A stretch of 64,000 nucleotides of DNA, taken from Lama guanicoe (lineage: Eukaryota). This document shows positions 23,777 to 36,088 of the stretch, piece by piece. A program made the position numbers and the translations under genes. The notes beneath the pieces are model-generated. The model was not told the origin of the DNA, did no database searches, and saw only the letters and a program-made list of their open reading frames with translations. Within the stretch, counting starts at the first letter, position 1; each line of letters starts with the position of its first letter. The stretch lies in NCBI GenBank assembly GCA_013239625.1, contig MU054001.1:5062167-5126166 (forward strand), written 5' to 3'.

Positions 23777-26700
23777 ATTGTTCATGTATTCTGGATATTA
23801 ATCCCATATCAGATATATGAATTGCAAATATTTTCTCCTATTCTGTGAATTGCCTTGCTGCTCTGTAGATAGTGTTTCATGAGTCACAAAATTTAAAAAT
23901 TTTCATGAGGTCTTATTTGTCCATTTTTTCTTTTGTTATCTATGCTTTTTGCATCATATCCAAGAAATCATTGCCGAATCTAATGTCATGAAGTTTTTGC
24001 CTCATGTTTTCTTATAAGAGTTTGTATTATTTTAGGTTTTACATCCATTTTGACTTAATTTTTAAATATGATGTTAGCTAAGGATCTGACTTCATTCTTA
24101 TACATGTGGATGTGCAGTTTCCCTGAGGCCATTTGTTAAAAAGGCTGTCCTTTCCCCCATTGAATGGTCTTGGCATCTTTGTCAAAAATTACTTAACCAT
24201 GTATGTAAGGGTTTATTTCTGGGATCCCTATTCTATTCCATTGATCTGTATGTCTGTTTTTATGCTAGTACCACATGTTTTTGATTACTGCAGCTTTATA
24301 GTAAGTTTTAAAACCAGGAAGTATGAGTCCTCCAGTTTTGTTCTTTATTTTTCAAGATTACTTTGGCCATTTGGGTCCCTTGAGAATCCATATGAATTTT
24401 AGAATAGGTTTTTCTAATTCTCCAGAAAATTTCATTGGAATTTTGACAGTGATTGCATTAAATCTGTAGATCACTTTGAGTAGTATTGACATTTCAACAA
24501 TATTAAGTCTTCCAATCCATAAACTTGGAATGTGTTTCTATATATTTATGTCTTATTTTGCTTCAGTAATGTTTTGTAGTTTTCATTGTACAAGTCTTTC
24601 ACCTCCTGAGTTAATTTCTAAGTATTTTATTCTACTCAATGCTATTGTAAATGGAATTGCTTTTATAATTTTCTTTTCAGATTGTTTATTAGTGTAAAGA
24701 AATGTAATTAATTTCTGTGTGTTGACTTTGTATTCTGCTCTTGTTGAATTTATTTATTAGTTCTAAATTTTTTTTTTTTTGGTATCTGTAGGGTGATAGA
24801 TAGGTAGACAGATAGATAGAAAATCATATTATCTGCAAATGGGGTAATTTTACTTATTCTTTTCTAATTTGAAGGCTATTTATTTCTTTTTCATGTCTAA
24901 TTGCTCTAGACTTTCAGCACAATTTGAATATATGTGATGAGAACAGACATCCTTGTCTTGTTCCTGATCTCAGAGGGAAAGTTTTTGACTTTCTCCATTA
25001 AGTATAGTGTTAGCTGTGAGTTTTTCATAGATGCTGTTTATGGGATTGGTGAAATCCTCTTCTATTTCTAATCTGTTGAGTGTTTGTTTTATCACTCAAA
25101 GGTGTTGGATTTTACCAAATGCATTTTCTATATCACTGAGATAATCATTTGTTTTTGTTCCTCTTTATTCTGTTAATATGGTATATTACATTGATTGATT
25201 TTTGTAATGTTATGCCATCTTTGTATTTCAGGAATAAATTCCACTTGGTCATGTTGTATAATCCTATCAATATGTTGCTGAATTCATTTTGCTAGTATTT
25301 TATTGAAGAATTTTGTTTCAATGTCCACAGGGATATTGGTCTGTAATTTTTCCTTTTTTTTTTTTTTTAATAGTGTCCTTGTTCGGCTGTAGTATTAGGG
25401 CAATGTTGGTTTCATAGCCAGGTTAGAAAGTATTCCCTCCTCTTAAATTTTTTGGAAAAGTTTGAGAAGGACTGGTATTCTTCTTTATCTGATAGAACTC
25501 TTAATGAAGCCATCAGGCCCAGGACTTTTCTTCTTTTTGGGGAGATTTTTTATTATTGACTTAATCTCTTTACTAGTTATAGATCTATTCAGATTTTCTA
25601 TTTCTTGGTGATTCAGCCTTTGTAGATTTTGTGCTTCTAGGAATTTGTCCATTCCACATAGGTTATCCAGTTTGTGGGTGTACAATATTCATGATATTCT
25701 TTTATAATCTTTTTTTATTTCTGTAGACTCAATAGTAATGTTCCCACTTTAATTTCTGATTTTAGTAATTTGTCTTCTCTCTTTTCTTCTTACTCCATTC
25801 AGCTAAAGTTTTGTCAAATTTGCTGTCTTTTTGAAGAACCAACTTTTGGTTTTATTTCCTTTCTCTATGGTTTTTCTATTCTCTCGTTCATTTATCTCGG
25901 CTAATCTTTATTATTTACTTCCTTATGTTAGTTTTGAGTTTAGTTTGTTCTTATTTTTCTAGTCCCTTAAGCTGTAAATTTAGATTGCTGGCTTGAGATC
26001 TTTCTTGTTTTTAATATAAGTTTTTATAACTATACATTTTCCCTTTAACACAGCTTTTGCTGCATCACTGTAAGTGTTGGTATGTTGTGTTTTCATTTTT
26101 ACTCATCTCTAAGTATTTTCTATTTTCCCTTGAGGCTGATTCTTTCATCCATTGGTTGTTTAAAAAGTCTGTTGTTTTAATTGCTTAATTAAATTAAATT
26201 ATTTAATTTTGTAGAATTTCCAGTTTTACTTCTGTTTTTGATTTCTAACTTCATCTCATTGTGGTCAGAAAATATACTTTGTATGATATCTCTCTTTTAA
26301 AATCTCTTGAGACTTAATTTATGACCTAACATATGGCCTATCCTGGAAAATGTCCCATGTGCACTTGAGAAGAATGTGTATGCTGTTGTTGTTTATTGAC
26401 GGAGTGTTCTATATATGTGTTATATCTATTTTGGTTTATTGTGTTTTTAAGTTATCTATGTCCTTACTTATCTTCTGTCTCATTGTCTTATCTATTATTG
26501 TGAGTAGGGTATCAAAGTTCCCAAATATTATTGTGAAACTATTTATTCTCCCCTCAATTGTTAGTTTTTGCTTCAAGTGTTTTATGACCTGTCAGTAGGT
26601 GTATAAATGTTTACAGTTGTGATACTTTCTTGCTGTATTGAAATTTTATTAATATATAATGTTCTTTGTTGTCTGTTGTAAGTTTTTTGCTTTGAAATCC

Positions 26701-29482
26701 ATATTATCTGATGTTAGGATAGCCACTCCTGCTTTCTCTTGCTTGCTGTTTTCATGGAATATCTTTTTCCATCCTTTTGCTTTCAATCCATTTGCGTCTT
26801 TGAATCTAAAATGAGTCTCTTGTATATGTATTTGGATCATGTGTTTTCATTCATTCTGTCAGTCTCTGTATTTTGACTGGAGAGTTTCACCCGTTTACAT
26901 TTAAAGTGGTTATAGTAATCCCCCTTTGTCTGCAGAGAAAATGTTTTAAGACCCCTAGTGGGTGCCTGAAACCCCAGGTAGCACTGAAACATATATACTA
27001 TGTTTTTCCCCCAGTACTAATGGGTGAATAGTGTATATAGCACGGATACACTGGACAAAGGGATGGGTCACATCCTGGGTGGGATAGAGCAGAATGGCAC
27101 ATGATTTCATTATGTTACTCAGAATGGCATGCAATTTAAGACTTATGAATTGTTTATTTCTGGAATTTTATATTTAATATTTTTGGACTGCTTTTCACTT
27201 GGGTATTGAAACTGTAGAAAGCAAAATCACAGATAAGATGGGGCTACTTTATTGATATGGAGGAAATGTTGTCATTTTTCCCATTTGTTTCTACATGCTT
27301 TATATATATTTTTTGTCCCTCATTCCTACATTACTGTCTTCTTTTGTATTTAGTAGATTTTTTGGTAGTGAAATGCTTAAATTCCTTTTTCATTTCTTTT
27401 TGTGCACATTCTCTGGCTATTATCTTTGTGGTTACCATGGAGATTACATTTAACATCCTAAAGCTGTAACAATCTAATTAGAATTTATACCAGCTTAACT
27501 TTAAAATATGGAAAATTTCTGCTCCTTTACAGCTTTGTCCCCTCTTTCAGTTGTTGATGTCGTAAAATAACATCTTTATACATTGTGTGCCCAAAAAATA
27601 AACAAATAATTCTTTTAGATGCATTTGTCTTTTAAGTTTTGTAGAAAACAATAATATAAAATTAATATTTGTTTTTAAATTTACTAGTCTCTTAAATCAT
27701 GTGGAAAACAAAAAAGTACAGTTACAAACTATCATTACAATAACACTAGCTTTTATAAGCCCATGTATTTACATGTATTGATATTTTTATTTCTGCATAT
27801 GGCTTTGAGTTACTGTCGATTATCCTTTCATTTCACCTTGCCAGACTCCCTACATCATTTCTTGCAGGACAGAGCTAGTGGTCACAAACTCCCTCAGCTT
27901 TTGTTTATCTGGGAATGTCTTACTTTCTCCCTAACTTTTGTAGGGCAGTTTTACTGAATATAGCATTCTTGATTGACAGCTTTCTTCTTTTTAGCACTTT
28001 GAATTTATCTACCACTGCCTTATGGTCTCCAATATTTCTGATGAGAAATCTGCTGATAATCTTATTGAGAGTCCCTTCTTTCTTCTGCTTTCAAGATTCT
28101 TCCTTTGTCTTTTGAAAATTTGATTATAATATGTCTTGGTGTGAATCCCTTGAATTCATCTTACTTGGAGTGTATTGAGGCTGTTGGATGTTTATACTCA
28201 TGCCTTTCATCAAATTTGGAAAGTTTGAAAACTGAAAACTGAAGTCATTATTTCTTAAAATTCTCTGCTCTCTTCTCTCCCTTTCCTCCTTCTGGGACTC
28301 CCACAATGTATATTTGGTTTGTTTGATCATGCTCCATAGGCTCTGTTAAATTCTTCAATCTTTTTTTTTTTCCTGTTTCTTAGACTTGATGATTTCCACT
28401 GTCCTATATTCAAGTTTGCAGATTCTTTTTTCTGCTTACTCAAATCTGACTTTGAGTCGCTCTAAATTTTTATTTCAGTTATTGTATTTTCTAGTTCCAG
28501 ATTTTTTAAAGTTTTCTAGCTCTTTGTTGATTTTTTAATTTTTGTTCGTACATTAATTCTTGACTTTATTCACATCTTCTTATAGTTCTTTATGAATGTT
28601 GTTTTGATGTTTTTGTCTAGTATATCTGACATCAGGTCCTTTTCAAGGATGGTTTCTATCGAAAGCCCTTTGACTGGGCTTTACTTTCCTGTTTCTTTGT
28701 ATGGCATATGACTTTTTACTGAAAACTGGACATGTAAATCTAATAATATAGTACCTCTGGAAATCAGATTCTCCCCATTCCTTAGATTTGCTGGGGTTTT
28801 GTTGTTGTTGTTGTTGCTTATTTTTTATTTATTTGATTTTTGTAGCTATCTCTTTGTGGAGGATCAATGAGGGATGTAAAGTTAAAATCTTTTCTGAGAC
28901 TTTCCTTAGGCATGCATGGTCACTTCCTAATTTTATCCATATATGCAGTTTTTTTTGAATGTCCTAGTCTTTAGTGCTTGCCTCCCAAATGGAAGAAAAG
29001 AAAAAAATGAAAGTGAGAAAGGGTGTCAGCCCTTTATATCCCCTGAATTTCACCTCAGCTGAAGGAAGTGGGGCTTACAACAATTAGAGTTGCAACAATG
29101 GGCTATCCACATCTTTCTTTGCAGCACTGTGATAAGAAGAGACAACCAACAATCTAATCTAATGTGTAGAGGACAGGGTCTTTTTTTTTTGCTTACCCTG
29201 GTTGCCACAAGCTGGGTGCATGTTGCTCTAGGAACATGCACAGCTGCCTTCCATGGGATAGGGGTGGGAAATGGGTAGCAGCTACTGTGTTGAGAGCTGA
29301 AACTGATAGATGTTAAAGGCAATTTTTGTCCTCCAGTTCTCCCCCTGGAAGTTGCAAGCCTTTAATCGATTCCGGTTTTCCAAAGTAGTTATATCAGACA
29401 GATTTCTGCCATTGCAATTATTGGTCTAGGTGGGGAGACAGATTCCTGATGCTTCTTACTCTATCATCTCACTAGAATCCTC
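23777..29482 (-). mobile_element. Old L1 (L1M4/L1MD-class): 5' UTR, ORF1 and most of ORF2 present, 3' end missing, inactive
   Basis: Translated remnants: endonuclease IQETHFRFKD..GWKKIFHENSKQEKAGVAIL (26649-26840), ORF2 [45 protein letters not shown] (25485-25685), ORF1 NFPNLMK..NIQ (28124-28330); 5' terminus gaggattctagtgagatgatagagtaagaagcatcaggaatctgtctccccacctag. Confidence 0.95.
26913..27249 (-). mobile_element. MER44A (Tigger7-derived MITE) nested in the L1
   Basis: 337 bp; TIRs tagtaatccccc.../...ggggctactt with TA on both sides; internal ttatgaattgtttatttctggaattttatatttaatattttt. Confidence 0.85.
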
Positions 29483-30066
29483 TGAGACTTGGAAGAGTTT
29501 TGAGGTTCATGATAGAAAAAAATCTAGATTTCTTTGAAGAAACTGTTGCTGGAAATATGAATGTTAAAATTTGTTTCCAGTCTCAGATGGAGATGAGAAA
29601 CATGTTATTGGCAACTTGAGGAAAAGTGATTTTTGTTATAAAATGTCAGAGAACTTAGCTGCATTGTGTTCTTCTGTTTTGTGGAAGGTATAACTTGGAA
29701 GTGATAAACTTGGATATTTAACTGAAGAAATTTTTAGGCAAAGTGTTGAAAGTGTGACCTGGTTTCTCCTTGAATTATAGTAAAATATAAAAGGAAAGAG
29801 ATAAATTGAAGAAAGGAATGTTACATGAAAAGAAACTAGAGCTTGAAGACTTGGAAAATTATTAGCCTATCCATATTAAATACACATATATGAAGGTGTG
29901 CTCTGGAGAGAACAAGGGTGTAGCTGGTCAATCATTTGCTGAAAAGATTAGATGTGTGTCTTGTGAATCTGACTGACCATCTCAGCAGAAATGCTGCCAG
30001 CTTGGACAGAGGGCACAGACATGGGACAAAATAAAAAACACTGTTGGACTTCTAGAATTTTACAGG
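29483..30066 (+). mobile_element. MaLR internal sequence (MLT1-int) fragment
   Basis: ttggaagagttttgaggttcatgatagaaaaa...gtctcagatggagatgagaaacatgttattggcaac...agagaacttagctgcattgtgttc...gatatttaactgaagaaatt. Confidence 0.8.
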
Positions 30067-30099
30067 TCATGCATGAACATGATGTCTTATTGACTTTAC

Positions 30100-30600
30100 T
30101 TACATGATATATCCCCAGTCCATCTACCTCTCCACTGCCACTGCTATTTCTCTAATCATAGCTACCACTATCTCTCACTGAAACGACTTCAATAGCCTCA
30201 TAAACATTCTTCATGCTTACACCTTGCCACCTGCCTGCCCTGATCCATCCTTTATGCAGCAGCCAGAATAATCTTTTACAAATGTAAATCACATCACTCC
30301 CCTGCCTAAAACACCTTGATGGTGTCTCATCACGAGGCCTCTGAGGTCATAATGCGGGCTCATCACTACGTCTCTGACATAATCTCCTATCTTTCCTCCC
30401 TCCCCTCTGCTTCAGCCACACTAGCTTTGACTGTTGTTCCTGTTATTCTTCAAATAAGCCAGGCTTGCTTCTGCCCCGAGCCCTGTGCTTTTTCTGTTTC
30501 GTTTGCCTGGAAAGCACTTTCCTCGGAAACTCACATCTAGGTTTTTCTCAAAATTAGGTCTCAGCTCAAATATCACCTCCTCAGAGACGGCTTCCTGGAC
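30100..30600 (+). mobile_element. L2 LINE fragment
   Basis: gcagccagaataatcttttacaaatgtaaatcacatcactcccctgcctaaaac; ggtctcagctcaaatatcacctcctcagaga. Confidence 0.8.
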
Positions 30601-30601
30601 C

Positions 30602-30755
30602 AGTAGGTACTGTTCATCTTATTTTACAGATGGGAAAATAAAGATTCAGGAAGTTTAACAATGTGGCTGAGGCCATAGAGCTGGAGAGTACGGTAGGATT
30701 CTGGATGAGAAAGCAAGGTTCTAGCCCCTTGGCTCCAAGCCTTCTTTAACTTCCA
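30602..30755 (-). mobile_element. MIR SINE fragment
   Basis: agtaggtactgttcatcttattttacagatgggaaaataaagattcag. Confidence 0.7.
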
Positions 30756-31959
30756 CTTATCCTGGGAAAGTAGGACATTACTTAAGCATCTTCTCTTGTC
30801 TGTCTCTCTCACTGGAGAATGTCCCCCGACTCTGAGCCAAGGCAGTGGGTTGCTGCATTCCTCCTCCATCCATCTTGGTTTGATTGTTATGTGATGAGTG
30901 GCTGGCTCTTGAAAAATTACAACTCAGCTTGGGTGAGTGAGATACAGAGCACGACTGAGCTTTCTGAGTGTCAGCCAGGCATCAAAAACAGCCTCTGAAA
31001 TGGAAGTGACCAGTGCCATTCTCACTTTGTCGTGGAGGCAGACATAACCAAAAGGTGGCTTAGATACCACACAACCTGCTGGTCTACCCGAGAATCTTCC
31101 CTCCCCTCTGGGGCACTAGCTCTTCTCCTCACACTTGTAACAGCGAAGCAGAGGATGCTCACAAGCCCCCAATACTCTGTCAAGCCTGGACCAATCACCA
31201 CACCAGCATAGGCTTGAGACTTCTGCCCTTCTCCCCTGCCCCCTTCCACCATCTTCTAATTCAGTCACCCCTCCTGTAGGACACCATCAAAATCTCACCC
31301 CCTCTACAAAATTCCCAAACATGTTGGCCTTAGTTTTGGCTCTGACTTGATCTGTTTCCCAACCTCTTTGGCGTCACTATGTGCTTGGTGGGCTTCCCCA
31401 CTCCTGCACCAGGTCTTGGGCAACCAGAATCTCAAGAGATCAATGGGCAAAGCTGTTCGGATTTTGTGCACAAGGTAAGAGTGTACAGACACGCATCCTT
31501 CACTGGAGGAAGATCCCTGGTGCTGGATGAAGAGGTCAAAGTGGAAAACCTGCCTGCTTTGATATCCTAAATCCCCTTTAGGCTCAGGGCTTGTCAGGAG
31601 CAGGAGAGCTGCTGGGAGGATTTATCTAGCACTTTTCTACACTCACCCCAATCATGAGTCATTGGTCTAGAATCACTTAGCAGTCAGAAATGATAAAATT
31701 GTTCAATATGGTTTCACAGGCACTGACCCCAGCCATCATCTTCTGGCACAGCAGCTGGCTTATTTCTGGCCTTGGTGAACTGAAGAACAAAAGGTCCTTC
31801 CAAGCACTGGTGAGGCAAGTTTGGCCTCTCTGGGAAAGCACCTCCTATATTGCTCTGGCCAGGGCTGGCTCTGCCTGACTGCCCTGAGAGACCTAAGACG
31901 GGGATGGCCCCAGTGCCAAGACTACTAAGCACATCCAAGATATTTGCTGCCATGAAGGA

Positions 31960-32455
31960 ATTCACCCATTCATTTATTCACTCATTCATTTCTTTGTTTT
32001 TCATTCTTTATTTAAGGGCCTGATATGTGTCTGGCTCTGTGCTAGGCACTGGGGATAAACAAAAAACATATTTTCTTGATGCTCTCATTGATGAGTGAAG
32101 GAGATAGACAGTAACGAATTAATCACATTAATCAATATTTTATTGGGAATTGGAAAATTCCAGTGAAAGAGAGGCTACAGTCCTCTAAGTGTGCATTAAC
32201 AATGAAATCTTGCTGAGAGCAAGAGGGAATTACAGGCTTCCCCTAGGCAGTGAGGCTTGAGTGGAGAGCTTAACAATTAAGAGGAGCTGAGTGGGATAAG
32301 AGCCTGGGAGAGGGATAAGAGGATAATAGTAAGGCATGTGCAAAGGCCCTGAGGCAGGGAAGGGCTTGTCACTTTCTAGGAACTAAAGGAAGGCTGATGT
32401 GAGTGAAACACAGTGAGAGGAAAGATGGGATGGAGGGGACTGACACTGCAGGGTC
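31960..32455 (-). mobile_element. L2 LINE 3' end
   Basis: ttcacccattcatttattcactcattcattt...tgtgtctggctctgtgctaggcactggggata; gcatgtgcaaaggccctgaggcagg. Confidence 0.8.
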
Positions 32456-33518
32456 TCAGGGATGATGGTTTCTGGGGGCCTGGAATCATTCCCTGGCTAG
32501 GCAAACCAGAGGCTTCCCATACAATCACAATATCATGGAAACTTAATACCCAGCAGACATCATTCTTGACTTATAATATTAACCCTAGCCCTATTAGAAT
32601 GCAGGAATTAATGCTGATCGATTATGACACAAAATGCCTAAGCATGTACCTCACCTACCTGGACTGGAAAGAATGAGCACAGAACCAATCATTTCTGAGC
32701 AGAGATGGATCTGAATGGGACATCTTGTTTCACCTATTTTGCTTCCTTGACAAGATGATAAGTTGAGGTCTGGAATTTTTGCATCCTCTGCCAAAGGCCT
32801 AGGAGCATGCTGAGCATATAGTAAATACTTAGATGATATTCCTCATGGACTGAGAATCTCTCTCCCCTGGCTCTTGCTGCTCCCTGCGTGGGCCTCAGTG
32901 ACAACATCAGACTGTGTGTGTGACAGGAACCCAGATGGGTCAAAGAAGATCTGGCTCCAGAAGGTCATGAGGGCACTACTTCCACCACACATACCCAGCA
33001 TCTGCTGCTTCCCCCAAGGACATCTGGCTGTTGCCCTAATTCAACTCTCCAGAGTGTGTTTTTTTGAGGGGGCTATTACTCCCCAGCAGACTTAGGTACA
33101 CACAGCCATTCTATACATCTCAGCTGCTTTAGGGTCCCTAGAATAAAATGTGAATTCTGTCCCCATTGGTTTCTCTCTCAGGCTCCTCTATAATGGTTCT
33201 CATGCTGGAAGTCACCATGGACTCCACGTTTCCTTCCCTCAACTCCATGTCCACTCCAGTAATTAAACACATTGTGGATCTGTCCACCTCTCTCCATTTC
33301 CAAAGCCATTGTTTGGACTGTAGCACCAGCCTCCTCACTGCTCTCTAGGCTCTAATCCATTCTCAGCAGTAGACAGAGATCTTTTAAGCATGGAAATCAG
33401 ATAATGTCATTCCCCTGCTTAAAACTTTGATAGCTTCCCATTGTATTTGGGATCATCTCCAAGATACTGTCCCAGCCCAGTCCCTGCCCTATCCCTGGTT
33501 CACCTCATCCCCCTCCAG

Positions 33519-33628
33519 TCTCACTGCACTTCAACCACACTGGCCATCTGAAATCTCGCTGCACTTCAACCACCCTAGCCATCTGAAATCTCACTGCACT
33601 TCAACCACCCTGGCCATCTGAAATCTCG
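33519..33628. repeat. 35-bp minisatellite, 3.1 copies
   Basis: Unit ctgcacttcaaccac(a/c)ct(g/a)gccatctgaaatctc(g/a) at 33524-33558, 33559-33593 and 33594-33628. Confidence 0.95.
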
Positions 33629-33846
33629 TTTTTCTTCTTGCTTCTTTCTCTTTCCTTTCTTCTTCCTTCCTTTCTTTCTCCCTCCCTTCCTTCTGTCTTT
33701 CCTTGATTGTGATATGAACATGTACGTGAGATCTACCCTCTAAACAAAATTTTAATTGCACCATTCAGTATTGCTAATTATAGGCACAAAGTTACACAGC
33801 AGAATTCTAGAACATACTCATCTTGCATAACTGAAATTATACCTGT
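33629..33846 (-). mobile_element. L1MA-type 3'-end fragment with CT-rich degenerate tail
   Basis: tgagatctaccctctaaacaaaattttaattgcaccattcagtattgctaattataggcaca...ctagaacatactcatcttgcataactgaaa, preceded by a (CTTT/CTTC) tract. Confidence 0.8.
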
Positions 33847-35178
33847 TCTGCCTTAGGGGGTTCACATATGCAATTTCCTCCTTCTAGAATGGCCTTTCCT
33901 TCACTCTTAGCCTGGCTGACCATTACATATCATTTAGGTCCCAGTTTATAAGTCATTTCATCAGAGAGCCCCTCACTGATCTGCACCAACCTGATCACGT
34001 GGCATTTCCTACACAGCCCTGACCTCAAGATGTAAGATATATTCACTGTAACTGCTTACTTGCTGCTTTCTGCCTCTCGGACAGTGAGACCCATGACAGC
34101 TCATACACATTTGCTGAATGAATGAGTCATTCTGCCAAATCGGTATCTCATGAGTCTCATGCCTGGATATATTTGTACCCCCTGAATCTGGTGTTTTTTT
34201 CCCATGGTCCCTGTGTCCTTAATGCACAGCCCACCCCCATCCATTCCCACACTCAACTTGCACAGTCAAATCCCAGGACTCATTGGCCCTTTTTCTGCCT
34301 TTACTACTTGTCCCATATTGCTTAAAGCCCTATCTCTCTAAAAACAAGAGCAACTTCTCTTTTTAATAAATGTTTCTCAATAGAGTCACATGGAAAGTAA
34401 AACTGGGCTAGAAGAAAGAAGGCGGGGAGGACCGAGACCTCACTGGCTTGACAATTCATCTCTCAGAACCTTGTTTTCCCCATCTACAAGTAAAAATATT
34501 TTCTTTAATTAATTCATTCATTCCTTCATTCATTTTCTTAAAAGGTAATGCCTGTATACAGTTTTTAAAAAGATACAAATGTGTATAGAATATAAAACTA
34601 AATCCACCTCCCAGCATGAATAGTAGTAGCCTCACATACAGAGTGATAAGCTGGCAGAAAATTAAAGTCTTTCAAGCACCTTTTAAATTTTTACAATAAT
34701 ATAGATTTATTTTAGAAAATATAGGTAAGTAATGGTAGAAAGTCAAAACCAACTAGAGACTAACTATTGCAATTTTAGTGTATATTCGTCAAGAACTTTT
34801 ACTGTCTGTTTTTTGAAAAATGTTTCTAAAATATTTACTGAGTGCGTACAGTATACCAAGTCCCGTGCTTGTTGGTTTCATATACATGATCTCATTTAAT
34901 CCTCAATAAATTCTGTGAAGATAGTTTGAGTCCACCCTATCCTCTGTGATCCATGGAGTGAACCACAGCTCGGGGATGTTAAGGGATTTAAAGGATGGTG
35001 GGGGAGTTGCCACCAGAATCCACAGTGAGCTGTGCTCAATTTCAGACCTATCGGCTTCCCACGTCATCATTCAGGGGCACCTCTGGCTCAGGCTGGGTCC
35101 TAAAGATGCCTTTCCCTAAACTTCGAGCAGCCAGGAAGGTGGAGGGAGACCTGAGGGAAATATACTCCCTTTCCTTTG

Positions 35179-35179
<1 letters not shown>

Positions 35180-35217
<38 letters not shown>

Positions 35218-35224
35218 TGTGTGT
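35180..35224. repeat. (TG)n microsatellite, about 22 units with one TA interruption
   Basis: Directly visible. Confidence 0.95.
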
Positions 35225-35389
35225 ATTGGGTGTGGGGAACTATGTATAGAAACAATGTCTCTTTCCAGAGAGGAGCACTGCCTTCTCCAGTAGGGACTAG
35301 AAAGTGCTTTGGTGGGAGTTCTATTTTTTATCACTTAACTGGGGTCAGAGAGCCTTGGTGCTTAGCACAGGAGCCAAGCTCACACCCCA

Positions 35390-35800
35390 CGCTGTACATT
35401 AAGATTTAATGTGCCTTCCTTATTTACACCTAAATGAGGTTTTTAATGGTTTAATTAGCAAAATATATCAGTTTGCTTCTTTAAAACCTGCCTCTGAGAG
35501 GTAGCACTTTTAGCCATTTTCAGTGTTTAATAAAAGATGAAAACCTTCATTTCTCCCAGCTAAGGAGGGTTGTGACCCCTTCATCTTATTAGCACAGACT
35601 GGGGGGTGCCTTGGAGGAGTCAAAATCAAAAACTCAATCAATGAGGATGTTTCTAACCTAGCCAATGAGAGCTGTGTTGTCCAGGAATTTTTTATCAGCT
35701 TTGCCGTGCTCCTTTGAATCCAAATGAAATGGTTAAAATGCAAGCCTTGCAGATGAAATCACCGTTCACGAGGGGCCTTTTCTTTAATTTGCAAAATCTT
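35390..35800. promoter_or_regulatory. Candidate conserved non-coding element/enhancer
   Basis: Repeat-free; tttaatggtttaattagc, ttaataaaa, aatcaat and cctttgaa (TCF-like) motifs; inference only. Confidence 0.3.
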
Positions 35801-35988
35801 GTAGAAATCCAGAGGATAAAGGCAAAGAGAGCCTTAGCCTTGTCATTCAGAACTGCCTCTGCTCATCCTGCCCAGGTGACCCACAGGACAGCACTCTGTG
35901 CAGTTCACTTGAGATATCTTTTTTTTTCCTGGACATATCCAGAAAATTGGAGAACATTTACTTTTCATGACTTTAAGCATTGCAGTGA

Positions 35989-36088
35989 GGGGTGGTGGGT
36001 TTAGCTCAGTGGTAGAGCGCATACTTAGCATGCATGAGGTCCTGGGTTCTAATACCCAGTGCCTCCATAATCCCCTCCCCACCAAAAA
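35989..36088 (+). mobile_element. tRNA-Ala-derived camelid SINE (Vic-1 type)
   Basis: tagctcagtggtagagc (A box), cttAGCat anticodon loop, gggttctaatacc (B box), gcctcca; TSD core taagcatt at 35974-35981 and 36091-36098. Confidence 0.85.

Larger units (their letters stand above)
33170..34125 (+). mobile_element. L2 LINE 3' portion, interrupted by a minisatellite and an L1 fragment
   Basis: aaatcagataatgtcattcccctgcttaaaac...; ends catttgctgaatgaatgag. Confidence 0.75.

Noticed and set aside
23777..29482. L1 ORF1/ORF2 peptides as functional CDS
   Set aside because: They are broken into short fragments by many stops and frameshifts and interrupted by MER44A; this is an inactive fossil.
33519..33628. 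CRISPR-like array
   Set aside because: The 35-bp units are directly adjacent with no unique spacers, in a mammalian context with no cas genes; this is a minisatellite.
35989..36068. tRNA-Ala(AGC) gene (also at 38936, 55628 and 63670)
   Set aside because: A and B boxes are present, but the stems are degenerate and the copies have A-rich tails and TSDs, so they are SINEs rather than tRNA genes.
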